Source of the DNA: Mycoplasma sp. CAG:956
Lineage (GTDB): Bacteria; Bacillota_I; Bacilli_A; RF39; UBA660
NCBI GenBank assembly: GCA_000433475.1
Contig: HF993102.1
Span: 23,806 to 87,805 of the forward strand
Length of the DNA: 64,000 nt
Direction: 5' to 3'
Shown here: positions 47,769 to 57,484 of the stretch, in pieces
How positions within the stretch are numbered: position 1 is the stretch's first letter
Layout: the number at the start of each line of letters is the position of its first letter
Notes under the pieces: generated by a model
Databases searched by the model: none
Told to the model about the DNA's origin: nothing
The model's input: the letters and a program-made list of their open reading frames with translations, nothing else
Made by a program: the position numbers and the translations under genes

Positions 47769-48647
47769 TTAAAATTCATAGAAACCTAAATCTTTTAAAA
47801 TAAATTCTTTATCGCGCCAGTTAGGAATACATTTAACATATAATTCTAAATAAACTTTTTTATCCAACATTTTTTCAATGTCTTTACGAGATTCCATACC
47901 AACATTTTTTAACATTTCGCCATTATGACCAATAATAATCTTCTTTAAAGATTCCCTATCAACTATAATATCAACATTAACATTTACGATTTTTTCTTTT
48001 TCTTCATAGCCTGTCGTAAAACAAGTTATAGCATGAGGAATTTCTTGCTCTAAATGGTTAAATAGTTTTTCCCTAACATATTCACTTATCATGAAACGCA
48101 CGGAACTGCTGGTAACGGCATCATCTTTAAAATATTTGATATCATCGTTTAAGTAGTTTCTTACAACATCAACTAGAGTTTTAACATTATCGCCGTTTTT
48201 AGCACTTACAGGAACTATATCACTAAAATTAAATAAATCTTTGTATTCAATTATTCTATTAATGATTTCTTCTTTTTTCATAGTATCAATTTTATTTAAA
48301 ACTAAAATTGTTGGAATATCTTCATTTAAGTTTTTAATTATTTCCCGGTCTCCTCTACCTAAACCACCTTTAGCATCGACAACAAATAATATGCAATCAA
48401 CTTCTTTTTGTTGACTTAAAGATTGTTTGTTTAAAACTTTTCCTAATTTATCAATTGGCTTATTAATTCCTGGGGTATCAACAAATACTATTTGGCTTTC
48501 TTTATCGTTATAAATGCCTTCGATAATATTACGGGTAGTTCCAGCTTTATCACTTGTTATTGCAACATGATAGTTAACAATATTGTTTAAAAGGGTTGAC
48601 TTGCCAACATTTGGTCGCCCAATTATACTTACAAATCCACTTCTCAT
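47769..48647 (-). CDS. era: GTPase Era
   Basis: G1 'GRPNVGKSTL', G3 'DTPG', G4 'NKID'. C-terminal KH domain. Confidence 0.95.
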   Translation of the reverse strand: MRSGFVSIIGRPNVGKSTLLNNIVNYHVAITSDKAGTTRNIIEGIYNDKESQIVFVDTPGINKPIDKLGKVLNKQSLSQQKEVDCILFVVDAKGGLGRGDREIIKNLNEDIPTILVLNKIDTMKKEEIINRIIEYKDLFNFSDIVPVSAKNGDNVKTLVDVVRNYLNDDIKYFKDDAVTSSSVRFMISEYVREKLFNHLEQEIPHAITCFTTGYEEKEKIVNVNVDIIVDRESLKKIIIGHNGEMLKNVGMESRKDIEKMLDKKVYLELYVKCIPNWRDKEFILKDLGFYEF

Positions 48648-49096
48648 CTAGTAATCTCCAATTCTTCTAATATTTTATCTTGCTTGCCAAACATTATTTT
48701 TTCATCTTCAGGTTCCATATGATCATAGCCTAAAAGATGAAGGAGCCCATGACATGTTAAGAAAGATAGTTCACGCATTTGACTATGTCCATATTCTTTA
48801 GCTTGTTCTTTCATTCTATCGATACATATGTAAATATCCCCTAATACTCTTAGACCATTAATTTCAAAGTCATCACTATCCTCAAGAGCAAATGATATTA
48901 CATCCGTTGGTCTATCAATGCCACGATACTTCTTGTTAAGTTTATGAATTTCATCTAAAGTAACAAAAATAATTGAAAATACGGCACCATTAACTTGTTC
49001 TTCTTCTAAAGTTTTATTAATTACTTTATCTAGATAAGCATAATCTTTATATAAATCATTGTCTACAATTGTATAATTATTTTCCATTAAAACCAC
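48644..49096 (-). CDS. ybeY: Endoribonuclease YbeY
   Basis: 'HGLLHLLGYDHME' zinc-binding H..H..GYDH motif. Confidence 0.9.
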   Translation of the reverse strand: MVLMENNYTIVDNDLYKDYAYLDKVINKTLEEEQVNGAVFSIIFVTLDEIHKLNKKYRGIDRPTDVISFALEDSDDFEINGLRVLGDIYICIDRMKEQAKEYGHSQMRELSFLTCHGLLHLLGYDHMEPEDEKIMFGKQDKILEELEITR

Positions 49097-49704
49097 CTTA
49101 AATCTAATATATTTGCTGCATACAAAATAAACATAGTTAATATTATAAGAGAAATGACGTCATAAATAAAGTCTTTCTGCAAAATTTTTGGCAAATGTTT
49201 ATAAATAGCATCAAAGGCAATATAAACAAAGTAACCTATGATAGCTCCCACTATATTTAAAATAATATCATCTATATCAAAAGAGCGCCCTATTTTTAGT
49301 TGAACTGTCTCAACTGTAACACTAGTAATTAAAGCATCAACAATAATAGGTAATATTTTCTTAGGTTTAACATATCTTGAGATAAAATAACCAAATGGTA
49401 CGAAAATCAAAATATTACCTAAAACATTATAAATAAACATTTTACTGCCAAATTCATAGCGCATAATTTCTTTAAAAGGTATATTATTTATTCCACTACC
49501 ATAAGAATTCTCCGTACCGGTTAAAAGTTCAAATAATAACAAAACATAAATAATAAAAAGTAAATTAAATATTTCATTATGTAAAATTATTTTTTGATTA
49601 GTGCTTCTAATATAACTAATTCTTACAGTGCAAATAACAACTATAAATATAATTAACATCGGTAATGCACTATTAACGATGTTATGAAATGCTTCACTAA
49701 ACAT
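49087..49704 (-). CDS. VanZ-like family membrane protein
   Basis: 'NNIPF', 'NILIFVPFGYF', 'SVTVETVQLKIGRSFDIDDIILNIVGAIIGY' fit VanZ-family conserved blocks. Confidence 0.55.
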   Translation of the reverse strand: MFSEAFHNIVNSALPMLIIFIVVICTVRISYIRSTNQKIILHNEIFNLLFIIYVLLLFELLTGTENSYGSGINNIPFKEIMRYEFGSKMFIYNVLGNILIFVPFGYFISRYVKPKKILPIIVDALITSVTVETVQLKIGRSFDIDDIILNIVGAIIGYFVYIAFDAIYKHLPKILQKDFIYDVISLIILTMFILYAANILDLRWF

Positions 49705-49717
49705 AAAACCTCACTAT

Positions 49718-50821
49718 CTATTCTGAAAGTATTGCTAATGCTGTTACAAATACTTCTATTTCTATTGTACTATCAAATTCAGTCTTTTTCAAAATATTTT
49801 TATATAAAATTTCTTCTCCTTGATTTTTTTTTAAATTTACTTTATTAGCAAGTATTTCGTCAATTTTTCGATTTATTTCTTCTTCTTCATAATATTTGTC
49901 CTGAAAAACATACTCTTTTTCTTTAGTCTTTAAAAGTTTTTTACCCAAAATACTAATTATTTCTTTTGTATCTTCATCATAGTTTTTGTACTTACTTCTA
50001 AATATTTTATAATCATTTCGTCCTAAGTCAATTTTGAAGTTAGTCTGGGTTTTGCCAGTATAGTTCTTGATTTGATACTTTTTAGGAATACTTATGCTAG
50101 CTTTATACCAAATTTCACCGAAAACTGTACCCATAGCACAAGTTTTTCCTTTTATTTCCTCATTCAAATTTATATCACCGCTGATGAGTAAATCTCCTTT
50201 TCTGATATATTGATTTTCGTTTACTAAAACATTTCCTTGGGTAGCAATTATCTTCTTTACAATACCATCTTTGGTGGCATAGATATTGCAATAGTTCTTT
50301 CTAGTATTTTCTTTTATTATTTTTCTTTCTTCTAGAGTAACAAGATAAGTCATCCCGACATTTTTTATTTCTAACCATTCAATAGTATCTTTGTAATCGA
50401 CTTCTATCTTTTTTTTAATTTGAGTAAGATTATTATTATCTTTTTTCATACTAAGGCGATAAATACCATAGTTTTCTAAGGATTTTTTTAATTTTCTAGA
50501 TAATTGCTCATTAGAGCTGACAATATTAATATCAATAATTATATTTTTAAAAAATAAAAAAAGAAACATACTTATAATAATGCTTAAAATGGTTAGATAA
50601 TTCTGTTTTATTTTAAAAATGATACTTGCAAAACTAAAGGATTTAACAATTGTCACTTTGTAATATTTATTAATTTTTATTAAATCTTCTCTTTTTATTT
50701 TACATTTTAAAATATTTTCTTGATAACTTATTCGTTCAATATAAATGTTATTTTTTATAGAATTCATCAAAAAACTATTAAGATTAAAAACCCTAATATT
50801 TACAACAATTAAATTATTCAT
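49718..50821 (-). CDS. yqfD: Sporulation protein YqfD-like
   Basis: Size, single central TM, and synteny yqfC-yqfD-(...)-ybeY-era-recO. Confidence 0.55.
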   Translation of the reverse strand: MNNLIVVNIRVFNLNSFLMNSIKNNIYIERISYQENILKCKIKREDLIKINKYYKVTIVKSFSFASIIFKIKQNYLTILSIIISMFLFLFFKNIIIDINIVSSNEQLSRKLKKSLENYGIYRLSMKKDNNNLTQIKKKIEVDYKDTIEWLEIKNVGMTYLVTLEERKIIKENTRKNYCNIYATKDGIVKKIIATQGNVLVNENQYIRKGDLLISGDINLNEEIKGKTCAMGTVFGEIWYKASISIPKKYQIKNYTGKTQTNFKIDLGRNDYKIFRSKYKNYDEDTKEIISILGKKLLKTKEKEYVFQDKYYEEEEINRKIDEILANKVNLKKNQGEEILYKNILKKTEFDSTIEIEVFVTALAILSE

Positions 50822-51053
50822 AGGTTACCCCTTTGATTGTTCCATAAATAATTAATTCGTTTCCACAAGATTTCTTTAAAATAAGATTATTTCCTAAGAC
50901 AGTTAGTTTTTTATCGCCAATATCAAAAGAAATTTTTTTACTTGTTATAAAATAAATTTTTGTAAAATTATAAACGTATAAAAAATTGCTAAAGTAAGCT
51001 AAAAAGTAATCTTTATCATATAAAAATTTTTGCAAATTAGCCCAGATATGCAT
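50814..51053 (-). CDS. yqfC: Sporulation protein YqfC-like (79 aa)
   Basis: Small protein overlapping the yqfD start. Synteny-based call. Confidence 0.45.
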   Translation of the reverse strand: MHIWANLQKFLYDKDYFLAYFSNFLYVYNFTKIYFITSKKISFDIGDKKLTVLGNNLILKKSCGNELIIYGTIKGVTYE

Positions 51054-51100
51054 AATATCACCTAAATAATCCTATGAAAAAAGAAGTCTAATAAGACTTC

Positions 51101-51544
51101 TTAATTCAAACTTGCTTTGATTAGTTTACTAACTTCGCTCATATCAGCAATGGAACCTAAAGTACTACTTGCCTCTTTCATAATTTTACCCATATCTTTA
51201 ATAGTTGCATCTGGATAATTTTTTAAGATTTCTTGGACTTTAACTTCTAATTCTTCATGTGATAACTGTTTAGGAAGGTATGCTTCTAAGATTGCAATTT
51301 CTTGTTTTAAATCATTAACCATATCGATACGATTATACTTAGTATATTCCTCGATACCAGCACTTCTTTCTTTAAGTTGCTTTTTTATGACCATAATAAC
51401 TTGTTCATCGTTCAAATCAGTAGACTTGCTATTAATTTTTTCACTTTGTAAAGCACTTTTTAACATTCTTAGAACGGATACTTTAAACTTATCAGAATTT
51501 TTCATTGCCGTAAGGGTATCGGTTGTGATTTGTTTTTCTAACAT
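51101..51544 (-). CDS. yqeY: GatB/YqeY domain protein
   Basis: 'LTAMKNSDKFKVSVLRMLKSAL...IMVIKKQLKERSAGIEEY' is YqeY-like. Follows rpsU as in Bacillus. Confidence 0.8.
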   Translation of the reverse strand: MLEKQITTDTLTAMKNSDKFKVSVLRMLKSALQSEKINSKSTDLNDEQVIMVIKKQLKERSAGIEEYTKYNRIDMVNDLKQEIAILEAYLPKQLSHEELEVKVQEILKNYPDATIKDMGKIMKEASSTLGSIADMSEVSKLIKASLN

Positions 51545-51555
51545 ATCAATACTCC

Positions 51556-51759
51556 TTAATCTCTATGATGTTTTCTAGCATTACGAATCATTTCTTTTTT
51601 GGCTTCTCTTCTTTTTACGCCTGGTTTTTCATAATGTTTTCTCTTTTTTAATTCTGAAGGGACACCACTTTTAGCAACTTTAACTTTCCATTTTTTTAAT
51701 GCACCATCTACATTGCCATCTTTTACCACTACTTTTGTCATCTTTATCCCTCCCTTCAA
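51556..51759 (-). CDS. rpsU: 30S ribosomal protein S21
   Basis: 'MTKVVVKDGNVDGALKKWKVKVAKSGV...HYEKPGVKRREAKK'. The likely true start is the ATG at 51741, after GGGAGGGA. Confidence 0.9.
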   Translation of the reverse strand: MKGGIKMTKVVVKDGNVDGALKKWKVKVAKSGVPSELKKRKHYEKPGVKRREAKKEMIRNARKHHRD

Positions 51760-51877
51760 TCAACAAGCCAATTATACCACATGTATTTGTTGGGTTTCAA
51801 CTGTTTTTCTCTGGTTTTGTTGATGTTTTTTAGATAGCAATCATTTTTTTATAATAAAAGTTAAGTTTTATTCTATT

Positions 51878-52678
51878 TTAATTCCAATTAATAAATAAAT
51901 TATCCATACTATAAACTGAGTAATCAGAAAAATAATTAATTTTACTAGCTTTAGTATCATTGCTAAAATTTTTTAAAAACTTGTCTTGATCGCTAGTGCT
52001 TATGTTTAGGGTATCACTGCCATTAACCCCACTTTTTTTAATAATATCCGTAACATCGACAACTAATACATTATCAATATGCATTATAGTATTACTAATA
52101 TTGTTACTGTAGTTAACTCGAAATTGACATTGACCATTATAATCACTTTTTTCTAAATAGCCTTTTTTTTTCCAGTTCAAATTATAATCATTGTCATAAT
52201 TAACAACAACAAAATTTATAGATTCTCCAGCAATAAGACTATTGTTTTCTGAAAATAAGCCAATATTTCCGGTGCCATTACCAACATTACCATTAGTGAA
52301 CACATAATAAGAGACGTAATAATATCTATTGGCATAACAGTTAAATTTATTTGAAGTTACTGTTGCAGTGCTATTTGGAAATTTTAAAGAACGTAATCCA
52401 CCTTTTTTTGTTTCCTTATTATCTGGATTACTGTAATAGGCATTGCTTAAATTCCAAGAATTATTTTTTTCAAAATCGCTATTACCAATTTCATTATATA
52501 AAGTAATATATTTATCATTTATTCGGGTATTTAAAGCAGTATTTATACTCTTATTATATTTGTTAAGGGTATTACGATAATAATTGTAATTACTAATAAT
52601 AACGGTTACTAGTGTGGCAAATAAAAGTAAGAAGGAATAAATAAGTGTGGTTGCAATAAAACCTTTGTTATTTTTCAT
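51878..52678 (-). CDS. Asn/Tyr-rich secreted or membrane-anchored protein with N-terminal hydrophobic anchor (266 aa)
   Basis: N-terminal 'MKNNKGFIATTLIYSFLLLFATLVTVII', then an N/Y/S-rich domain. Own promoter with TGgTATACT extended -10 at about 52700. Confidence 0.45.
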   Translation of the reverse strand: MKNNKGFIATTLIYSFLLLFATLVTVIISNYNYYRNTLNKYNKSINTALNTRINDKYITLYNEIGNSDFEKNNSWNLSNAYYSNPDNKETKKGGLRSLKFPNSTATVTSNKFNCYANRYYYVSYYVFTNGNVGNGTGNIGLFSENNSLIAGESINFVVVNYDNDYNLNWKKKGYLEKSDYNGQCQFRVNYSNNISNTIMHIDNVLVVDVTDIIKKSGVNGSDTLNISTSDQDKFLKNFSNDTKASKINYFSDYSVYSMDNLFINWN

Positions 52679-52882
52679 AATAATTCACCTCTATTTTAGA
52701 GTATACCATAAAGATATTAATTTTTCACTTATTTATCCTACTTGCATATAGTTTTTATTTATCTTTTTAGAAAATTAAGAACGTAACATAAACATCTTAT
52801 GAATGTATAAAAATCTTTATTCATATATATCCTTTCTAAAGAATTCGTAAGGTAATACGAAGAAACTCTATAATTTTTTTTA

Positions 52883-53050
52883 TCATTTGCATACCCTTTT
52901 AGAAAATAACATTCTTATTGCGGTGCCTAGACTTCTTCCTATATCAGAAATAGTACTTAGGCTTCTTGCAAGAGCATTAAAGAATGTGGCATTTAAAACA
53001 CTTACCGCTCCGCCTTTTATTTCTTTTAATTCATTGACATTTAATAACAT
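52883..53050 (-). CDS. Double-glycine-leader bacteriocin-like precursor peptide B (55 aa from the ATG at 53050)
   Basis: Leader 'MLLNVNELKEIKGG'. Mature 'AVSVLNATFFNALARSLSTISDIGRSLGTAIRMLFSKRVCK'. RBS AGGAGA. The track ORF extends to a TTG at 53068. Confidence 0.6.
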   Translation of the reverse strand: MLLNVNELKEIKGGAVSVLNATFFNALARSLSTISDIGRSLGTAIRMLFSKRVCK

Positions 53051-53058
53051 ATGATCTC

Positions 53059-53196
53059 CTAATTGCAAGCTAATGGACGCATAATACCATCTAAAATTCC
53101 GATTAAAAATGCTCCTAAGCCAACTAAACTAGCAATAAGTCCTACGGACATACCGCCACCCTTTATTTCTTTTAATTCTTCAAGTTTTAATATCAT
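53059..53196 (-). CDS. Double-glycine-leader bacteriocin-like precursor peptide A (45 aa), absent from the ORF track
   Basis: My own translation: MILKLEELKEIKGG|GMSVGLIASLVGLGAFLIGILDGIMRPLACN. RBS AAAGGA 8 nt upstream. Lies 17 nt after the ABC transporter stop. Confidence 0.6.
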   Translation of the reverse strand: MILKLEELKEIKGGGMSVGLIASLVGLGAFLIGILDGIMRPLACN

Positions 53197-53215
53197 AATT
53201 TTTTCCTTTCTTACA

Positions 53216-55231
53216 TCAGAATAACTTTATTTGCTTTTTAAACAGATCTTGTACATCTTTATGTGATATATAAATTAAAGTACAGTTTTTATAAGCACCT
53301 ATTATATTTTTTATTATCTTTTTTTCAGTTGCTATATCAACTTGGCTCAAAGCTTCATCAAAAATCATGATAGGTTTTAAATCATAAAGACTTCTAGCCA
53401 AAATAATTCTTTCAATTTCGCCACCAGATAAATTATTTCCAGATTCTTGTAATCTTGTTTCTAGGTGATTTGGTAATTTAAAAATCAATCCTTCCAGTTC
53501 ACATATTTTTAAAATTTTATTTAATTTATCTAAATTTAATGTTTTACCAAGTACTATATTATCTTTAATGGTTTTGTTAAATAAAATGGCATCTTGACTA
53601 ACATAACCTATATTACTTCTTAAACTATTTAAGTTAATATTTTCAATATTAATATTATTTATAGTAATACTTCCTTTTTGCAAATTATAATAGCGATATA
53701 GCAATTTACATAAAGTGGATTTGCCAGTGCCACTTGGACCCAATAATATTACTTTTTCGCCCTTTTTAATTGATTGATTTAGATTTTTAATAACATTATT
53801 GCCATTGTTATAATTAAAACTTACATTGCAAAAAGTAATATCGCCTTTTGAAAATGGTAATTTTGATTCTTTATCTTCTGTGGAAATATCACCAAATTCG
53901 CTAATACGATTATAACTTTGTTTTAAATAACGATACTTTGGCATAATATCTAGTAATTCTTCTAAGTTATAAATCAGATAGTTAGCTAAAGTAATAAAAG
54001 TAAATAGACCTATTAAGGCTATTTTATTTTGAAGATATAAAACAAAGCCATAACTTACTATACTGAAGTTTCCCAATTCCAAAAGAATACTTTCCATAGA
54101 TTGCCATTTATTTAGAGTATTGCCATAACTATTCTGATAGTCAAAATAATCTAAAGCTTCACTTTGAAAGTGACTATAAAAATAATTTTCTTGATTGATA
54201 TCCTTTATTGTTTTATAGCCATTTATTATTTCTATTAAAGAATCTTGATAAATATTATTTTTATCAAGTAGATAATTTATGTAACAATTCATTTTTTTAT
54301 TTTCAATCACCTTAAAAATCGTATAGCTTAAAATAATAAGTATAACAAATATGCTTAAGAGAAGATTTAAATTAATGATTAGAATAAAGCCTAATATAAA
54401 CTGACAGACAGTCATGGTAATTTTTAATAAAAATTCTAAAATTGCTTCTTTGATAATTTGTAAATCTTCAATATGTTTTAAAGTTCTTCCTGATGTTGCT
54501 TTCTCTAAATAAGGAAGCGGGAGATGTAAAAAATGTTTAATATAACTAAAAGTTAAAGCTTTATCTACGCTTTTGTTAAATTGCAAACTTTCTTTAGTAA
54601 AATAATATTTGCTTATAATTTTAAGAATAGTTAAAATTAGAAATATAACTATAATCTTTAGATAACTAGAAGAAATATTTAAAAACTGTAGATAGTAGCT
54701 AAGGATTATATTCAAAATATTTAAAGTAAGCCCTAATATGATAATACTTGCTACTGACTTCTTGTTTTGACATACTAGCTTTTTAGTTAAGCAAAATAGT
54801 GATGTTGATTTGTTTAATTTAATAATGGCATCACTAGGTATAGCATTTATAGCAATATTTGTCCAAAGACTTGCAAGTTCTGATAAAGACATTTTAATTA
54901 TTCCTTTACTAGGATCCATAATGGTACAAACATCATTTTTGGTTTTTAAAAGTAAAACGTAATGATAATATTTGTTTAAATTCAAATGTAAAATAATGGG
55001 ATTTGATACTTTTTTAAGATCGTCTATTGTTAACTTTAAGCCTTGAGCATCAAAACCGTAACGTCTTAAAGTAATGACGATATCATATGCTGTTACTCCT
55101 TCCTTATCTAAATTAGTATCAATACGAATTTTTTCTATTGAAACGTAACCATTATAATATTTTACTAGACTATAAATGACTGCTGGAGCACAATCATTTA
55201 TATCACTTTGCATAGTTACCAATTTGTGCAT
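53216..55231 (-). CDS. Bacteriocin/peptide-exporting ABC transporter with N-terminal C39 peptidase domain
   Basis: C39 'DCAPAVIYSLVKYYNG' (catalytic Cys) and 'HYVLL' (His). 6 TM. ABC 'GPSGTGKST', 'LSGGEIERI', 'IMIFDEALSQVD'. Confidence 0.9.
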   Translation of the reverse strand: MHKLVTMQSDINDCAPAVIYSLVKYYNGYVSIEKIRIDTNLDKEGVTAYDIVITLRRYGFDAQGLKLTIDDLKKVSNPIILHLNLNKYYHYVLLLKTKNDVCTIMDPSKGIIKMSLSELASLWTNIAINAIPSDAIIKLNKSTSLFCLTKKLVCQNKKSVASIIILGLTLNILNIILSYYLQFLNISSSYLKIIVIFLILTILKIISKYYFTKESLQFNKSVDKALTFSYIKHFLHLPLPYLEKATSGRTLKHIEDLQIIKEAILEFLLKITMTVCQFILGFILIINLNLLLSIFVILIILSYTIFKVIENKKMNCYINYLLDKNNIYQDSLIEIINGYKTIKDINQENYFYSHFQSEALDYFDYQNSYGNTLNKWQSMESILLELGNFSIVSYGFVLYLQNKIALIGLFTFITLANYLIYNLEELLDIMPKYRYLKQSYNRISEFGDISTEDKESKLPFSKGDITFCNVSFNYNNGNNVIKNLNQSIKKGEKVILLGPSGTGKSTLCKLLYRYYNLQKGSITINNINIENINLNSLRSNIGYVSQDAILFNKTIKDNIVLGKTLNLDKLNKILKICELEGLIFKLPNHLETRLQESGNNLSGGEIERIILARSLYDLKPIMIFDEALSQVDIATEKKIIKNIIGAYKNCTLIYISHKDVQDLFKKQIKLF

Positions 55232-55244
55232 CTAATTACACCTC

Positions 55245-55300
55245 CTAATTATATATATTGGTAACTGATGGCAAATTTCCTTTAAAAGTTTTAAAAAAAA
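55245..55300. repeat. Copy 2 of the duplicated element (22 nt identical to 23430..23451), overlapping the ABC-transporter promoter/RBS
   Basis: 'ctaattatatatattggtaact...tttcctt...aaaaaaaa'. On the minus strand it contains TTGCCA...TATAAT and the AGGAGGTG RBS of the transporter. Confidence 0.5.
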
Positions 55301-55301
55301 G

Positions 55302-56078
55302 TCATTTTTTTGACTTTTTTGACATTTTTTTCTTGATTTTATAATTTTTTTTATCTTTTTTCTTGGTTTCTTTATCTTTTGATTTTATCTTAGTAATAAG
55401 TTCTTGCTCTTTTTTACTATCTTTCCAAATATCTGGAAAGGCATTAAATAATCTGTTTTTAACAAATTTTAAATGAGAAATTTCATTTTTATATTTTCTT
55501 TCTAATAAAGTAGGAATCATACGTAATTTAGCACTTTTTAATTCTTCTGCAATAATTATACGATGACGTAGATTATAAGCAATTATGCAAGAGAAAATCA
55601 TATCTAATATAAAGATAACTAAAAATATAGTTCCTATAATAATGATAAATTTATCAGCCAAATGACTTCGTAATTGATATAACAAAGGATTTAAAATTTT
55701 TATAATAAAGCAGGTGCCAATTCCAAAAAGGATAGAATTTTTTAGACAAATACGACCATTGATATTATCTTTACGATAAGAATAATCCCACCAACGATTA
55801 TGAAATATTACTTCAAGAATGTAACTTGTATAGTATTCAACAGTGCTAGTTATTAAAGCTCCCATTAAGAAAAGAATGATTAAATCATTTTCATATTTAG
55901 TAAGAAGCCAAGTAATTAAAACAAAGCCTACTCCATAAATAGGACAAATCGGTCCAAATAAAAAACCACGGTTGACTAATTTTTTATAACTAATACTGCA
56001 TTTGATAACTTCTGCTGTATATCCAAGAAAGCTAGCAACAATAAAATATAAAAATACTTCTATTAATTTTAAATACAT
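55302..56078 (-). CDS. Polytopic membrane protein, DUF1113/'putative ABC-transporter type IV'-like, with Lys-rich C-terminal tail
   Basis: 'FLGYTAEV...GFLFGPICPIYGVGFVL' resembles the CmpB-like family signature. Low confidence. Confidence 0.4.
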   Translation of the reverse strand: MYLKLIEVFLYFIVASFLGYTAEVIKCSISYKKLVNRGFLFGPICPIYGVGFVLITWLLTKYENDLIILFLMGALITSTVEYYTSYILEVIFHNRWWDYSYRKDNINGRICLKNSILFGIGTCFIIKILNPLLYQLRSHLADKFIIIIGTIFLVIFILDMIFSCIIAYNLRHRIIIAEELKSAKLRMIPTLLERKYKNEISHLKFVKNRLFNAFPDIWKDSKKEQELITKIKSKDKETKKKDKKNYKIKKKMSKKSKK

Positions 56079-56096
56079 AAATTCTCCAATATTTTG

Positions 56097-56552
56097 TTAT
56101 TCGCCATATTTTTTAACACTACAATGACTTGGATTAAATAAACATGTAAAACAGTCTTTATAGCCATTTTTACCACTAGTATTTGTTGATGTTTGATAAC
56201 CATCTATAACTAGATTAAAAATGCCATTAATAAGACCAGGAGCCATGAATATCAAAATAGCAGCAATAGAGCGCTTAGCAAATTGAATTAGATTTTTTTG
56301 CAAGCCATCTTTAGCATCAATTACCGCTTTTGCGATATCAATAGTGCCATAAACAATCAAAACAATAGGTATTATGATTTTAACTACAAATATAGCATAG
56401 CCAATGATTTGTAAAGCTAATTTTACACCATTTGCAGCACAGAAGTTTAAATCTGAAACATCATCTGCTAAAACAGTTCCTCCGAACATCATAAAAAGTG
56501 TAAAAATAGAAAAGAAAATATTAATAAACTTTTTTTTAGTTTTCTTTTTCAT
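56097..56552 (-). CDS. small membrane protein with signal peptide (151 aa)
   Basis: Signal peptide plus 2-3 TM. C-terminal Cys-rich 'CFTCLFNPSHCS'. Confidence 0.4.
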   Translation of the reverse strand: MKKKTKKKFINIFFSIFTLFMMFGGTVLADDVSDLNFCAANGVKLALQIIGYAIFVVKIIIPIVLIVYGTIDIAKAVIDAKDGLQKNLIQFAKRSIAAILIFMAPGLINGIFNLVIDGYQTSTNTSGKNGYKDCFTCLFNPSHCSVKKYGE

Positions 56553-56710
56553 AGCTAAGTTCCCTCTCTTCTAAGAATGATTATACCATATAAGTAAATT
56601 GAAGAAAAGAAAAAATAATTATCCATTTTTTGACTTTTTTTAGCATTTTTAAATTGACTTATCGCAAAATATTATTTACAATTTATATGAAGTTTAATTG
56701 ACAGAAAAAA

Positions 56711-57241
56711 ATGATAAATTTAAATTATTATAAGATTACTCCAAACAGTACTTTTATAAATACTTTTAAACATTTTGATGAATTAGAAAATAAGTTAGAT
56801 GCCTTGGTTAAAAAATACAATTATTGTTATCATAATGGTAAATTTTATAACCGAGCCTCTATTTTTTTAGATAAACATTTTGATAATTTTTGCAAACGTG
56901 AATTTCTTTATTATGATATAAGTCGTAACAAATACTTGGTAGATATTATTGATACTTTTAATTTTCATACCACTAATTTTAAGTTTACAATGGTTTTAGG
57001 TAAAATACGTACTAGTATTATGAAATATAAGAATGTATCTTATATAAACATTTATACCGAAAAAGAAATTAAAGCTTATAAATTACTGGTTATGTATAAA
57101 AATTATGAAGAAGCTTTTGTTGAAGCAGAAAGATTATATCAAGTTTTAAGAAAACTGAGAGAAAGAGATATTTTAGAAATAATATTTCGCAGTGAAGAAA
57201 AAAGAATAAATAATATGAGTTCCATTACTTTAGTATTCTAA
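56711..57241 (+). CDS. hypothetical protein (176 aa)
   Basis: ORF only. Confidence 0.35.
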   Translation: MINLNYYKITPNSTFINTFKHFDELENKLDALVKKYNYCYHNGKFYNRASIFLDKHFDNFCKREFLYYDISRNKYLVDIIDTFNFHTTNFKFTMVLGKIRTSIMKYKNVSYINIYTEKEIKAYKLLVMYKNYEEAFVEAERLYQVLRKLRERDILEIIFRSEEKRINNMSSITLVF

Positions 57242-57386
57242 TTATTTATTTTTTGATTCTATTTTTTTCTCTTTAAAATTTGAATCTTTTTCTTATTTAC
57301 ATATATCAGATTAAAAAATTAGTATTGAATTATAAAAAAAATAGAGCAACAAAAAAAGCCCTCTTATAAGGGCCTTAAACTCTATC

Positions 57387-57471
57387 TGGTGCGGGTAAAG
57401 GGACTTGAACCCCCATGGATCTCTCCGCTAGATCCTAAGTCTAGTGCGTCTACCAATTCCGCCATACCCGC
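57387..57471 (-). tRNA. tRNA-Leu (anticodon UAG), CCA encoded
   Basis: Hand-folded cloverleaf: 7-bp acceptor GCGGGTA/TACCCGC, anticodon loop CU-UAG-GA, long variable arm, T-loop TTCAAGT. Confidence 0.85.
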
Positions 57472-57484
57472 GATTATTTAAGAA

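Noticed and set aside
51878-52678. Type IV prepilin/ComGC call for the N/Y-rich protein.
   Set aside because: No Glu at +5 after the putative G|F cleavage site, and no pilus genes nearby. Kept only as a weak note.
55281-56660. Recurrent 'CATTTTTTTGACTTTTTT' motif at about 55300 and about 56625 that looked like a regulatory direct repeat.
   Set aside because: The first copy encodes the Lys-rich C-terminal tail (KKMSKKSKK) of the 258-aa membrane protein. The similarity is explained by poly-Lys codons and AT-richness.
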